Translations under genes and position numbers: made by a program
Shown here: positions 17,750 to 26,981 of the stretch, piece by piece
Position numbering within the stretch: the stretch's first letter is position 1
Layout: the number at the start of each line of letters is the position of its first letter
The notes under the pieces: generated by a model
What the model was told of the DNA's origin: nothing
Databases searched by the model: none
What the model saw: the letters and a program-made list of their open reading frames with translations, nothing else
Assembly (NCBI GenBank): GCA_035562875.1
Contig: DATMVU010000678.1
Span: 1 to 59,771, forward strand
Direction of reading: 5' to 3'
DNA length: 59,771 nucleotides
Source: Actinoplanes sp.
GTDB lineage: Bacteria; Actinomycetota; Actinomycetes; Mycobacteriales; Micromonosporaceae

Positions 17750-18528
17750 ACATCGAGCTCCATGACCGCAAGGTAGTACGGGTGGTCCCGGTCGTCGATC
17801 GATTTCAGCCGCCACCCGGTGCCGTCCAGCAGCGCCCGTAGCTCGCCGGCTGAACAGTTCAGGTAGTCGAACCAGTCGGTGGCCACCTCCCGGTACCGCA
17901 ACCGGAGCCGCAACTGCCCGCCGAGCCGCCCCCGGGCCCGGTTGTCCCGGTGGTATGCCACGTGCAGCGGATCGGTGGTGCCGTACGGGTCGGTGCCCTG
18001 CGCGACGATCCGGGCCCCGGGTGCGGCCAGCCGGGCCAGGGCGGCCAGCAGGACGGGTGCCCGCTCCGGGCTCTCCAGCAGGCCGAGGTTGTTGCCGAGC
18101 AGCAGGAACGTGTCGTACCGGACGGTGGCCCGGGAGAACTCGTCGACGGTGGCGAGCACCGTGTCGCGGACTCCCCGCCGCCGGGCCACCTCGATCGCGC
18201 CGAGTGAGGTGTCCAGCGCGGTCACCGCGATCTGCCGGTTCTGCAGTTCGAGCGCGATCCGTCCGGCGCCCGCGCCGATGTCCAGCGCCCGGCCCCGGCA
18301 GAGTCCCACGGCCCGGTGGTCGAACGGTCGCCACTCGTCCGGTTCGCTCAGGTAGTGCTCGGCCGGGGCCCCGTTGATCAGGCCGTCGTCCCGCTCGATC
18401 ACCTCGATCACCGGCCGGGGCCAGCGCCCGCCGGCCAGGGGCCGGGGCCCGACTCCGGTGTGTACCGCCCACGCGTCTCGGATCATTTCGCCGAAGGCGT
18501 CCCCGATGATCGGTCCAGTCATGGTCAA
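17746..18528 (-). CDS. Class I SAM-dependent methyltransferase
   Basis: ALDIGAGAG motif I and YDTFLLLGNNLG; ATGA overlap with kptA. Confidence 0.85.
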   Translation of the reverse strand: MTMTGPIIGDAFGEMIRDAWAVHTGVGPRPLAGGRWPRPVIEVIERDDGLINGAPAEHYLSEPDEWRPFDHRAVGLCRGRALDIGAGAGRIALELQNRQIAVTALDTSLGAIEVARRRGVRDTVLATVDEFSRATVRYDTFLLLGNNLGLLESPERAPVLLAALARLAAPGARIVAQGTDPYGTTDPLHVAYHRDNRARGRLGGQLRLRLRYREVATDWFDYLNCSAGELRALLDGTGWRLKSIDDRDHPYYLAVMELDV

Positions 18529-18540
18529 TACTCTTTAACC

Positions 18541-18915
18541 ATGACCGCACTGGAGCAACTCGGGTCGGAACAATACGTCCTTCTCACCACGTTCCGCCGC
18601 GACGGGCGGGCTGTCGCCACCCCGCTCTGGGTCGTCCCGGACGGCGCCGGACTGGGGTTCTGGACGGTGGCGGACAGCGGCAAGGTCAAACGGATCCGTA
18701 ACAGCGGGCGGGTCACCGTCGCCGCCTGCGACATGCGGGGCAACCCCACCGGCGGGGACGTCGTCGAGGCCACCGCGACCATCGGCGATCAGGCCGATCT
18801 CCAGCGGGTCGGCGCCGGCATCAAGAAGAAGTACGGCCTGTTCGGCCGGCTGACCATGCTCGGCAGCCGGCTGCGCCGGGGTGCCGACGGCACCATCGCC
18901 GTGCTGATCCGGTGA
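18541..18915 (+). CDS. PPOX-class F420-dependent oxidoreductase
   Basis: YVLLTTFRRDG..TPLW..SGKVKRIRN..VAACD.RG. Confidence 0.88.
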   Translation: MTALEQLGSEQYVLLTTFRRDGRAVATPLWVVPDGAGLGFWTVADSGKVKRIRNSGRVTVAACDMRGNPTGGDVVEATATIGDQADLQRVGAGIKKKYGLFGRLTMLGSRLRRGADGTIAVLIR

Positions 18916-19055
18916 TCAGTGATCACCCGGTAGAGAGACACCGAGGGCACCGGCAGTAGCCGGCGCCCTCGGTGTTCGTTTGATCATTGAACGAAGAAGG
19001 GGCGATCGCCTTCCCCAGCGCTCGCCCCTTGCAACGATGTTTCGGTCGACTACGG

Positions 19056-19265
19056 TCAGTCGCCTTGGCGCTGCGTGGGGATCTGCCCCTGCAGCAGGGC
19101 GCGGACCTCCGACTCCCGGTAACGACGGTGGCCGCCGAGCGTGCGAATTGCGCTGAGCTTGCCCGCCTTCGCCCACCGGGTAACGGTCTTCGGGTCGACT
19201 CGGAACATCGACGCCACCTCGGCCGGCGTTAGTAGCGGCTCAGGATCGTGCGTACGCGATGCCAT
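19056..19265 (-). CDS. bldC: Developmental regulator BldC
   Basis: LLTPAEVASMFRVDPKTVTRWAKAGKL..IRTLGGHRRYRE. Confidence 0.95.
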   Translation of the reverse strand: MASRTHDPEPLLTPAEVASMFRVDPKTVTRWAKAGKLSAIRTLGGHRRYRESEVRALLQGQIPTQRQGD

Positions 19266-19547
19266 CGGTCACTCCTCCACATGTGCCTAAAAAACATCGG
19301 CCGGGGTCCCGCCGGCCGGTGCGTCTCTCATGGTCCGGCTAGTCCCCGATGTCCGACATGGGCCGAACGGACGAACGTCCCCAGATAGACGGATGAAGCA
19401 TGCCCGATTTTTGCGCGTTTTCTACGCCAGATAGTGCCACGTTTAGTCCGATTATCACGCTTCGGCCACCGGCGATTACGAAGAGTGTTCGCTTCGGGAG
19501 CGTTCCCACGGGCCGCGAATCGTACGAGTCTGTCCTATTTCCGCAGG

Positions 19548-20387
19548 TCAATTGCATCGCTCAAGAAGCTGGACAAGTCGCCACCGCGCCACCAGCTTCT
19601 CGTAAGCCTCACTAGCTGACTCAGCGTCACCGCGAGAAAGTGCCGAAAGTCCGGCTGACACCAATCCGGGGGAATCGTCCTCGGCGAGTTCGTCCTCCGG
19701 GAGAAGGTTGACGAGACCGCCGTAGTCCAGCTCGACCACCGACCGCGGATGGAACTCCTCCAGCCACCGGGTGCCCTCCTCGACGGCCTCGGTGATCGGG
19801 GCGTCGCCGAGCGACTTGCGCAGCGTCGACACCGCCCGGTGCGCCCTGCGGCGGGCCTTGGAGATCTCGGTCCGGTAGCGCAGCACCCGCCGGCGTCCGG
19901 TCAGCGCGATCTCCCGCTCCTCCAGGTCCACGAACGCGAACCAGCGCAGCGGAACACCCCAGGTGGCGATCTGCTCGTGCACCCGGGGCACACCCTGCTC
20001 CAGCACCTTGGCGCCGCTACGCCAGTCCTCCACCACCGCTTTCGCCTGCCCGGCCAGCACCGGCGGGACGAAGGCATCGGCAAGGACCGCGGGCACCCCG
20101 TCACGCGCGCTCAGCGCCGCCTCGGCCACCCGCAGCCGCAGGTTCCACGGGCAGACCAGCACTGTGCCGTCCCACTCCAGCACGTAGGCCTCGTCGGGCA
20201 GATCGGGCAGCCGGGTCCAGCCGGCTCCGAGCGCCTCCAGGACGGCGGTGCGCTGCCGGGCCGGGCCCTCGACCAGACCCAGATCGCGACCCTCGCGGGC
20301 GTAGTCGCGCCAGAAGACCTGCCGCTCCCGATCGAAGGCGGTCAGGGGTTCGTAAACCCGTAGGTACGACGCGAACAGTGACGGCAC
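19548..20387 (-). CDS. Conserved actinobacterial hypothetical protein (between bldC and vdh)
   Basis: YLRVYEPL, WGVPLRWF, FHPRSVVELDYGGL; typical synteny. Confidence 0.8.
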   Translation of the reverse strand: MPSLFASYLRVYEPLTAFDRERQVFWRDYAREGRDLGLVEGPARQRTAVLEALGAGWTRLPDLPDEAYVLEWDGTVLVCPWNLRLRVAEAALSARDGVPAVLADAFVPPVLAGQAKAVVEDWRSGAKVLEQGVPRVHEQIATWGVPLRWFAFVDLEEREIALTGRRRVLRYRTEISKARRRAHRAVSTLRKSLGDAPITEAVEEGTRWLEEFHPRSVVELDYGGLVNLLPEDELAEDDSPGLVSAGLSALSRGDAESASEAYEKLVARWRLVQLLERCN

Positions 20388-20538
20388 GGCGGAAGTCTTT
20401 CACGAATCCGGCCGGGTGGAACTTCCCGCGCTGACGTAATCGGCGCGCCATCCGCACGGATACGCTCCAGATACCGGCACCACCCCCGCCGGGATCATGG
20501 CCCCACGAAGGCCACGCAACAGATCAGGAGAGTTGAAC

Positions 20539-21603
20539 ATGGATGTGTTCGACGTCAACGAGCACGAACAGGTCGTCTTCTGCCAGGACCGGGTCTCCGG
20601 CCTCAAGGCGATCATCGGGATCTACTCGACGGCGCTGGGCCCGGCACTCGGCGGCACCCGTTTCTTCCCCTACGAGAGCGAGGCGGCTGCCCTCGCCGAC
20701 GTGCTGAAGCTGTCCCGCAGCATGGCCTACAAGAACGCGATGGCCGGTCTGGACCTCGGTGGCGGCAAGGCGGTCATCTGGGGCGACCCGGCACAGATCA
20801 AGAGCGAGGCCCTACTACGGGCGTACGGGCGGTTCGTCGAGTCGCTGAACGGCCGCTACTACACCGCCTGTGACGTCGGGACCTACGTGCAGGACATGGA
20901 CATGGTGGCCCGTGAGACGCGGTACGCGACCGGCCGCAGTGTCGAGCACGGCGGCGCCGGCGACTCCTCGGTGCTCACCGCCTGGGGTGTCTTCCAGGGC
21001 ATGCGGGCCGCCGCCGAGCACACCTGGGGCACTCCGTCGCTGAACGGCCGCACGGTCGGTGTCTCCGGTCTCGGCAAGGTCGGCAAGTACCTGACCGGTC
21101 ACCTGCTCGACGACGGCGCCCACGTGATCGCCACCGACGTCAGCGAGGCCGCCCTGGCGTGGGCCCGCACCACCCACCCGCAGGTCCAGCTGGTCGCCGA
21201 CACGACCACGCTGATCACCTCGGACATCGACGTCTACGCGCCGTGCGCCCTGGGCGGTGCACTCAACGACGACACGGTTCCGGTGCTGCGGGCCAAGGTG
21301 GTGACCGGTGGCGCCAACAACCAGCTCGCCCACTCCGGCATCGGCAAGCTCCTGGAGGACCGGGACATCCTGTACACCCCGGACTACGTGGTGAACGCCG
21401 GTGGCGTGATCCAGGTGGCCGACGAGATCCACGGTTTCGACTTCAGCCGGGCGAAGCTGCGGGCGACCGGGATCTTCGAGACCACCCGGCGCATCCTGAA
21501 GCTGGCCGGCGACGAGGGGGTGCCGCCGGCGATCGCCGCCGACCGGCTGGCCGAACGGCGCATGGCGGAGGTCGGCCGGCTGCGGTCCATCCATCTGGGC
21601 TGA
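20539..21603 (+). CDS. vdh: Glu/Leu/Phe/Val dehydrogenase (valine dehydrogenase-like)
   Basis: [43 protein letters not shown]; AGGAG RBS. Confidence 0.9.
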   Translation: MDVFDVNEHEQVVFCQDRVSGLKAIIGIYSTALGPALGGTRFFPYESEAAALADVLKLSRSMAYKNAMAGLDLGGGKAVIWGDPAQIKSEALLRAYGRFVESLNGRYYTACDVGTYVQDMDMVARETRYATGRSVEHGGAGDSSVLTAWGVFQGMRAAAEHTWGTPSLNGRTVGVSGLGKVGKYLTGHLLDDGAHVIATDVSEAALAWARTTHPQVQLVADTTTLITSDIDVYAPCALGGALNDDTVPVLRAKVVTGGANNQLAHSGIGKLLEDRDILYTPDYVVNAGGVIQVADEIHGFDFSRAKLRATGIFETTRRILKLAGDEGVPPAIAADRLAERRMAEVGRLRSIHLG

Positions 21604-21797
21604 GGTGCGCAAAAGGCACGCCGCGCGTCGAAAAAAGGGCCTGTCGGAAGGTCAACCGCGACGCGCGGCAGTGTCACACGCAACCCGAGGTGCCGAACTA
21701 GGCATCGTCCATGTACCGTAAGACCCACGAGAGATGCCTGACGTCATCGGGGCCCAGCCTTCGGGCTGCCCCGAATTCTGTGCGAGGGGGTCGAGCC

Positions 21798-22022
21798 ATG
21801 GGGCGCGGCCGTGCTAAGGCCAAGCAGACGAAGGTGGCCCGGGAGTTGAAGTATCACTCCCCGAACACCGACCTCACCGCCTTGCAGCGCGAGTTGGCGG
21901 GTTCAACCCACCAATCGGACCGTCATTTCGACGACGACAACGAAGAGTTCGTCGACGATGACGAGGACGATGACGACGCTGCTGAAGACCAGGATCCCTG
22001 GTCACCTTCAAGGCGGAGCTGA
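21798..22022 (+). CDS. DUF3073 family protein
   Basis: MGRGRAKAKQTKVARELKY..TDL..LQREL with acidic tail. Confidence 0.9.
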   Translation: MGRGRAKAKQTKVARELKYHSPNTDLTALQRELAGSTHQSDRHFDDDNEEFVDDDEDDDDAAEDQDPWSPSRRS

Positions 22023-22102
22023 CCCTGTTTCGTACAGAGCACGCGGTTGACCGCGTGCTCCCGTGTGTCACGTGGTCAGGTTTACCTACGGTCGAATCAA
22101 CG

Positions 22103-22134
22103 GAAGCCCACGCGGGCATGCTCGCGTGGGCTTC
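22103..22134. terminator. Hairpin between convergent DUF3073 and RiPP precursor genes
   Basis: GAAGCCCACGCG-ggcatgct-CGCGTGGGCTTC. Confidence 0.7.
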
Positions 22135-22147
22135 GACCGACAGCGCT

Positions 22148-22375
22148 TCAGCGCGGCCGGTTGTTCCAGTTGTAGAACGTAGGGATGTTTTCAAAGTGGT
22201 TCCAGGCGCACACCGCCGTGCCGCCATCGCTGGGTGACTCCTCGGCACGTTGCTGCCTGGCAGTCTCCGCCTCCGCGATGAGCGCCGACAGCCCGGCCCG
22301 AGTGTCGTGCACCCGTGCCGTCACCGGATCCGTCTCCACGCCGTCAGACAGCCGTGGCTTCGTGATCTCGGGCAT
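22148..22375 (-). CDS. amcA: RiPP precursor peptide, multiple-cyclophane (AmcA-like triceptide), 75 aa
   Basis: GGAGGGAG RBS; helical leader; core ..AWNHFENIPTFYNWNNRPR with repeated aromatic-X-X motifs; overlaps the radical SAM gene. Confidence 0.8.
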   Translation of the reverse strand: MPEITKPRLSDGVETDPVTARVHDTRAGLSALIAEAETARQQRAEESPSDGGTAVCAWNHFENIPTFYNWNNRPR

Positions 22376-23447
22376 GGTCCAGCACTCCCTCCAGTAGGCG
22401 AATCTTGCTGTTCCGGCAGTGGTTCGTCGTGGTGCCGTCGAACCTGCCGTGTTCGAAGTAGCGGTTCGCCGCATGCGCGCCGCCACAGAAGCCGAAGTAG
22501 GGGCACGTGTTCCGGCACGCTTCAATCCCGCGCAGGAACTCCTGTATCCACGGTGTCCCGGACGCGCCGGCGAGTATCTCGGGCAGCGGCTTGGTGAGCA
22601 CGTTGCCACTGGTGAAGTCGCCGTACCGGGGATCGTGGAACCCGGCCAGTTCGGGCGAGAGCAGCACGACCGAGCCGTCATGGGCGATCGTGGGTATCGG
22701 GTCCAGTCGCCGGGGCAGCAACGCGTCGGCGTTCCCGTCCAGGACGGCAGCCGCGTAGCGCAGCGTCCACTCCACCTCCCGCAGGTGGATCGTGGGCTCC
22801 CGGCGCCAGGCGGTGACCAGTTCCGCCCAGAAGGCGCTCACCGCGGCCGGGTCGTGCCGGTTGAGCCGGGTGTTGACGCCCTCGGTCTCCTCCACGTTGA
22901 TGCCGAGCACCTCGCAGCCCAGGCCGAGGAAGTAGTCGTACAGCTCGGTGGCGACGCCGGGACGCGGGTCACCGACCACGCAGAGGGTGGAGAACGGGAT
23001 GTCGTGCGACCGGAGCCGTCCGATGCCGCGGGCGATCAGGTCGTAGGCGGGACGGCCGGCCCAGTCCACCCGGTCGCCGTTGCGTTCCCGGGGCCCGTCC
23101 ACGCTGACGCTGACCCGGACGTCGTGCTCGGTGAAGAACGCGCACCACTCGTCGTCTATCAGCGTGGCGTTGGTCTGGATGTGGTGTTCCACGCCGGCCC
23201 CGAAGGGTGCGAAGAGGGCGGCCAGATGGGCCCGGCCGGTGGCGAGCGGTTCCCCGCCGTGCCAGACCACCGAGAATCTGCCGGTACGGGCGAAGCCGGC
23301 GACTCCAGCAGCGACCGCCTCGGCGACCGCCACCGTCATCTTCCGGTTCTCCCGGCGGAACGGCAGATAGCAGTATTCACACGCCAGATTGCACAGCGTA
23401 GTGGGCTGCATGACCACGTAGCCGGGTTCCGCCGAGATGCCCCGCAT
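22344..23447 (-). CDS. amcB: Cyclophane-forming radical SAM/SPASM peptide maturase (AmcB/GrrM-like)
   Basis: VMQPTTLCNLACEYCYLP, VWHGGEPL, IQTNATL, SVDGP, SPEL, and C-terminal CRNTCPYFGFCGG..T..C; alternative start 23474. Confidence 0.85.
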   Translation of the reverse strand: MRGISAEPGYVVMQPTTLCNLACEYCYLPFRRENRKMTVAVAEAVAAGVAGFARTGRFSVVWHGGEPLATGRAHLAALFAPFGAGVEHHIQTNATLIDDEWCAFFTEHDVRVSVSVDGPRERNGDRVDWAGRPAYDLIARGIGRLRSHDIPFSTLCVVGDPRPGVATELYDYFLGLGCEVLGINVEETEGVNTRLNRHDPAAVSAFWAELVTAWRREPTIHLREVEWTLRYAAAVLDGNADALLPRRLDPIPTIAHDGSVVLLSPELAGFHDPRYGDFTSGNVLTKPLPEILAGASGTPWIQEFLRGIEACRNTCPYFGFCGGAHAANRYFEHGRFDGTTTNHCRNSKIRLLEGVLDHARDHEATAV

Positions 23448-23589
23448 CCCGCTCCACGCGACAGCCATGGTCATGCACACTCCCGTCCGGCACTCACGAC
23501 CAGAACCATAGGCCCGGTAGTCCACCGCAAAGCGAAAGATCCGCATGTGCCGGACATCGACACACGCGGATCATTTCACGTTGGAGCGC

Positions 23590-24741
23590 TCAGCCGCGCG
23601 TGTAGGAGCCCATCATCTGGACGTTGCCCTCACCCTCGATGACCTCACCGACCTGCCACGCCTCGATGCCACGGCCGGTCAGGTAGGCCATCGCCCGGTC
23701 CGCGTCGTCGGAGGAGACGACGGCGAACATGCCGACGCCCATGTTGAAGGTGGCTTCCATCTCGGTGTCCTCGATCCGGCCCTTCGCCTGGATCAGATCG
23801 AAGATCGGCTGCGGGCGCCAGGTGGAGCGATCCACCACGGCGTCCATGTTGGCGGGCAGGACCCGGTTCAGGTTGCCGGGGATACCACCGCCGGTGACGT
23901 GCGAGAACGCCCGGACGTCGGTCTCCTCGATCAGGCCCAGGCAGTCCTTGGCGTAGATCTTGGTGGGGGTGAGCAGCTCCTCACCCAGGGTGCGCTGGGT
24001 GCCGAAGTCGTCGACAACGGTGTCCAGGCGCATCCGGCCGGCGCCCAGCAGCACGTGCCGGACCAGTGAGTAGCCGTTGGAGTGCAGACCGGACGAGCGC
24101 ATCGCGATGACCGCGTCGCCCAGCTCGACCCGCTCCTTGCCGAGGATCTCGCTCTCCTCGACCACACCGACACCGGTGGCGGAGACGTCGTACTCGTCCG
24201 GGCGGAGCACACCCGGGTGCTCGGCGGTCTCGCCACCGAGCAGGGCACAGCCGGCGTAGCGGCAGCCGTCGGCGATACCGGCACCGATCTCGGCCACCTT
24301 GTCCGGGACGACCTCACCGCAGGCGATGTAGTCGAGCAGGAACAGCGGCTCGGCGCCGCAGGCCACCAGGTCGTCGACGACCATGGCGACCAGGTCGATG
24401 CCGATCGTGTCGTGGATGTCCAGCTGCTGGGCGATGACCAGCTTGGTGCCCACACCGTCGGTGGACGAGGCCAGGATCGGGCTCTTGTACTTCGCGGTGT
24501 TCAGCCGGAACAGGCCGGAGAAGCCGCCCAGGTCACCGATCACCTCGGGCCGGGTGGTCTTCTTGACCTTCGACTTCAGCAGCTCGACGGCACGGTCGCC
24601 GGCCTCGATGGAGACACCCGCGGCCGCGTACGTGGCCGAGCGCTTGCGCACTCCGCGCCCGGATCCGGCCGTCCAGGGCTGACGGTCGCCTCCTTCGGCG
24701 CCGTTGGATCCGGCACTACTGCGCTCGGACACGTGCGTCAC
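23590..24741 (-). CDS. purM: Phosphoribosylformylglycinamidine cyclo-ligase
   Basis: STDGVGTK, GGETAEHP, SSGLHSNGYSL, HVTGGG, TFNMG. Confidence 0.95.
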   Translation of the reverse strand: MTHVSERSSAGSNGAEGGDRQPWTAGSGRGVRKRSATYAAAGVSIEAGDRAVELLKSKVKKTTRPEVIGDLGGFSGLFRLNTAKYKSPILASSTDGVGTKLVIAQQLDIHDTIGIDLVAMVVDDLVACGAEPLFLLDYIACGEVVPDKVAEIGAGIADGCRYAGCALLGGETAEHPGVLRPDEYDVSATGVGVVEESEILGKERVELGDAVIAMRSSGLHSNGYSLVRHVLLGAGRMRLDTVVDDFGTQRTLGEELLTPTKIYAKDCLGLIEETDVRAFSHVTGGGIPGNLNRVLPANMDAVVDRSTWRPQPIFDLIQAKGRIEDTEMEATFNMGVGMFAVVSSDDADRAMAYLTGRGIEAWQVGEVIEGEGNVQMMGSYTRG

Positions 24742-24775
24742 GGTTCTCCCCTTAGCGGTTCTGTGTAACTGAAGG

Positions 24776-26365
24776 TCACGGGTGGTGCAGCGCGGTCGCG
24801 CCGCCGGGACTGCCGACCAGCGGCTCGGCCGCCGACAAATCTTCGTAGTCCGACTCGAGCTCGGCGACCGCGGCGGTGGCCGTCTCGGGGGTGGCACCCG
24901 GCATCGCCGCCCGGCGGCCCACACCCTCCAGGACATGCTTCCCGATCAGGTCCTCGGTAGGCAGCTCGATCGGGTACCGGCCGTCGAAACAAGCCATGCA
25001 GAGCCGGGACTTCGGCTGCTCGGTGGACTGGACCAGGTTGTCGAGCGAGACGTAACCCAGACTGTCGGCACCGATCGACCGGCGGATGCCGTCGATCTCC
25101 AGACCGTTGGCGATCAGTTCGGCCCGGGTCGCGAAGTCGATGCCGTAGAAACACGGCCACTTGACCGGCGGCGACGAGATCCGGACGTGGATCTCGAGAG
25201 CCCCGGCCTCACGCAGCATCCGGATCTGGGCCCGCTGGGTGTTGCCGCGCACGATCGAGTCGTCGATCACCACGATCCGCTTTCCGCGGACCACCTCGCG
25301 CAGCGGGTTCAGCTTCAGCCGGATACCGAGCTGGCGGATGGTCTGCGACGGCTGGATGAAGGTCCGGCCGACGTAGGCGTTCTTCATGAAACCGGCGCTG
25401 TACGGGATACCGGACGCCTCGGCGTAGCCGATCGCGGCCGGGATGCCGGACTCGGGCACACCGATCACCAGGTCGGCTTCGACCGGGTGCTCCTTGGCCA
25501 GCTTGCGGCCGACCTCGACGCGGGCGGAGTAGATGTTCCGGCCCGCGATCGTGGTGTCCGGGCGGGCGAGGTAGACGTACTCGAAGAGGCAGCCCTTGGG
25601 CTCGGGGGCCGCGAAGCGGCTGGACCGCAGGCCGTGCTCGTCGATCGCGATGATCTCGCCCGGCTCGACCTCGCGGACGAAGCTGGCGCCGGTGATGTCC
25701 AGCGCTGCGGTCTCGCTCGCGACGACCCAGCCGTGCTCCATCCGGCCGAGCACCAGCGGGCGGACCCCCTGGGCGTCACGGGCGGCATAGAGGGTGTGCT
25801 CGTCCATGAAGACGAAGCTGAAGGCACCGCGCAGGGTCGGCAGCAACTCCAGCGCGGCGGCCTCGACCGAGAGATCGGGACGACCGGCGAGCAGCGTGGT
25901 GACCAGAGCGGTGTCGGATGTGGCGTCGCCCACTTCAAGGCCGCGGTCAGCGACCTCCTTGGCGAGTTCGGCCGTATTGACCAGATTTCCGTTGTGCGCC
26001 AGGGCGATCGTCGTCCCGGCCGGAGTGGCCCGGATGGTGGGCTGGGCGTTCTCCCAGTTCGAGCCACCCGTCGTGGAGTAGCGTGCGTGACCGATCGCCA
26101 GGTGGCCGCGGAGGCTGGCGAGCGTCGGTTCGTCGAACACCTGGGACACCAGGCCGATGTCCTTGTAGACCACCACGCCGGAGCCGTCGCTGACAGCGAT
26201 TCCGGCGGCTTCCTGCCCCCGGTGCTGCAGTGCGTAGAGCCCGAAGTAGGTCAGTTTGGCGACCTCCTCCTCGGGCGCCCAGACACCGAAGACGCCACAG
26301 GCGTCCTGGGGGCCGCGCTCCTGGGGGTCGAGATCGTCGGTCAACAGGCCGTCGCCTCGGGGCAC
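24776..26365 (-). CDS. purF: Amidophosphoribosyltransferase
   Basis: ACGVFG, LQHRGQE, GHARYST, HNGNL, DDSIVRG. Confidence 0.96.
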   Translation of the reverse strand: MPRGDGLLTDDLDPQERGPQDACGVFGVWAPEEEVAKLTYFGLYALQHRGQEAAGIAVSDGSGVVVYKDIGLVSQVFDEPTLASLRGHLAIGHARYSTTGGSNWENAQPTIRATPAGTTIALAHNGNLVNTAELAKEVADRGLEVGDATSDTALVTTLLAGRPDLSVEAAALELLPTLRGAFSFVFMDEHTLYAARDAQGVRPLVLGRMEHGWVVASETAALDITGASFVREVEPGEIIAIDEHGLRSSRFAAPEPKGCLFEYVYLARPDTTIAGRNIYSARVEVGRKLAKEHPVEADLVIGVPESGIPAAIGYAEASGIPYSAGFMKNAYVGRTFIQPSQTIRQLGIRLKLNPLREVVRGKRIVVIDDSIVRGNTQRAQIRMLREAGALEIHVRISSPPVKWPCFYGIDFATRAELIANGLEIDGIRRSIGADSLGYVSLDNLVQSTEQPKSRLCMACFDGRYPIELPTEDLIGKHVLEGVGRRAAMPGATPETATAAVAELESDYEDLSAAEPLVGSPGGATALHHP

Positions 26366-26466
26366 CTGTTCGCTCCCTCATGTCGGGGTCTGCACGGACC
26401 TCTTGACTAGGTGGTCCGTCCGACGGCCCAGTGTACGCGAGCCCAGCGGAACGCCACCCTGGCTCG

Positions 26467-26826
26467 TCACCCGGCGAGGGGCAGGAGGTCGCTCAGGTCG
26501 GTCCGGATTCCGCTGGCCCGGATCCTGCCGTCGTGCACCGCGTCGCTCCACGCCAGTCGGCCGGAGGCCACGAGCAGCCATGTCGTCGGATCCGTTTCGA
26601 CCACATTGGGCGGAGTCCCTCTGGTATGCCGCGGTCCGGCAACGCACTGAATCGCGCCGAAAGGTGGAATTCGTACCTCCACCGAACGGCCAGGTGCACG
26701 ATGCGACAACTCGGTCAGCAGTGCTCGGACGGCATCGCGGAGAACCGGGCGGCTGGGTTCGACACCCCGGTCGAGCGCGTCCAACGCCTCGGCCACCGAC
26801 TCGGATTTATGGTTTGGAGAAGACAT
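26467..26826 (-). CDS. Bacterial SCP-orthologue (sterol carrier family) protein
   Basis: APGRSVEVRIPPFGAIQC..GPRHTRGTPPNVVETD..ASG.R.DL. Confidence 0.85.
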   Translation of the reverse strand: MSSPNHKSESVAEALDALDRGVEPSRPVLRDAVRALLTELSHRAPGRSVEVRIPPFGAIQCVAGPRHTRGTPPNVVETDPTTWLLVASGRLAWSDAVHDGRIRASGIRTDLSDLLPLAG

Positions 26827-26981
26827 AGCGGGACGATACGACCCGCTCCACAAAGAACGGCACCCCGCCCTGGGTCGCGCGATGGACGTGCGACAAGGCA
26901 TAGTTGCCGACGGTGTACACGTCGCGGGATCCACCGGACATCGAAGGAACCGGGGGACCGCGCGACCGGAAGGCGGTGGAC

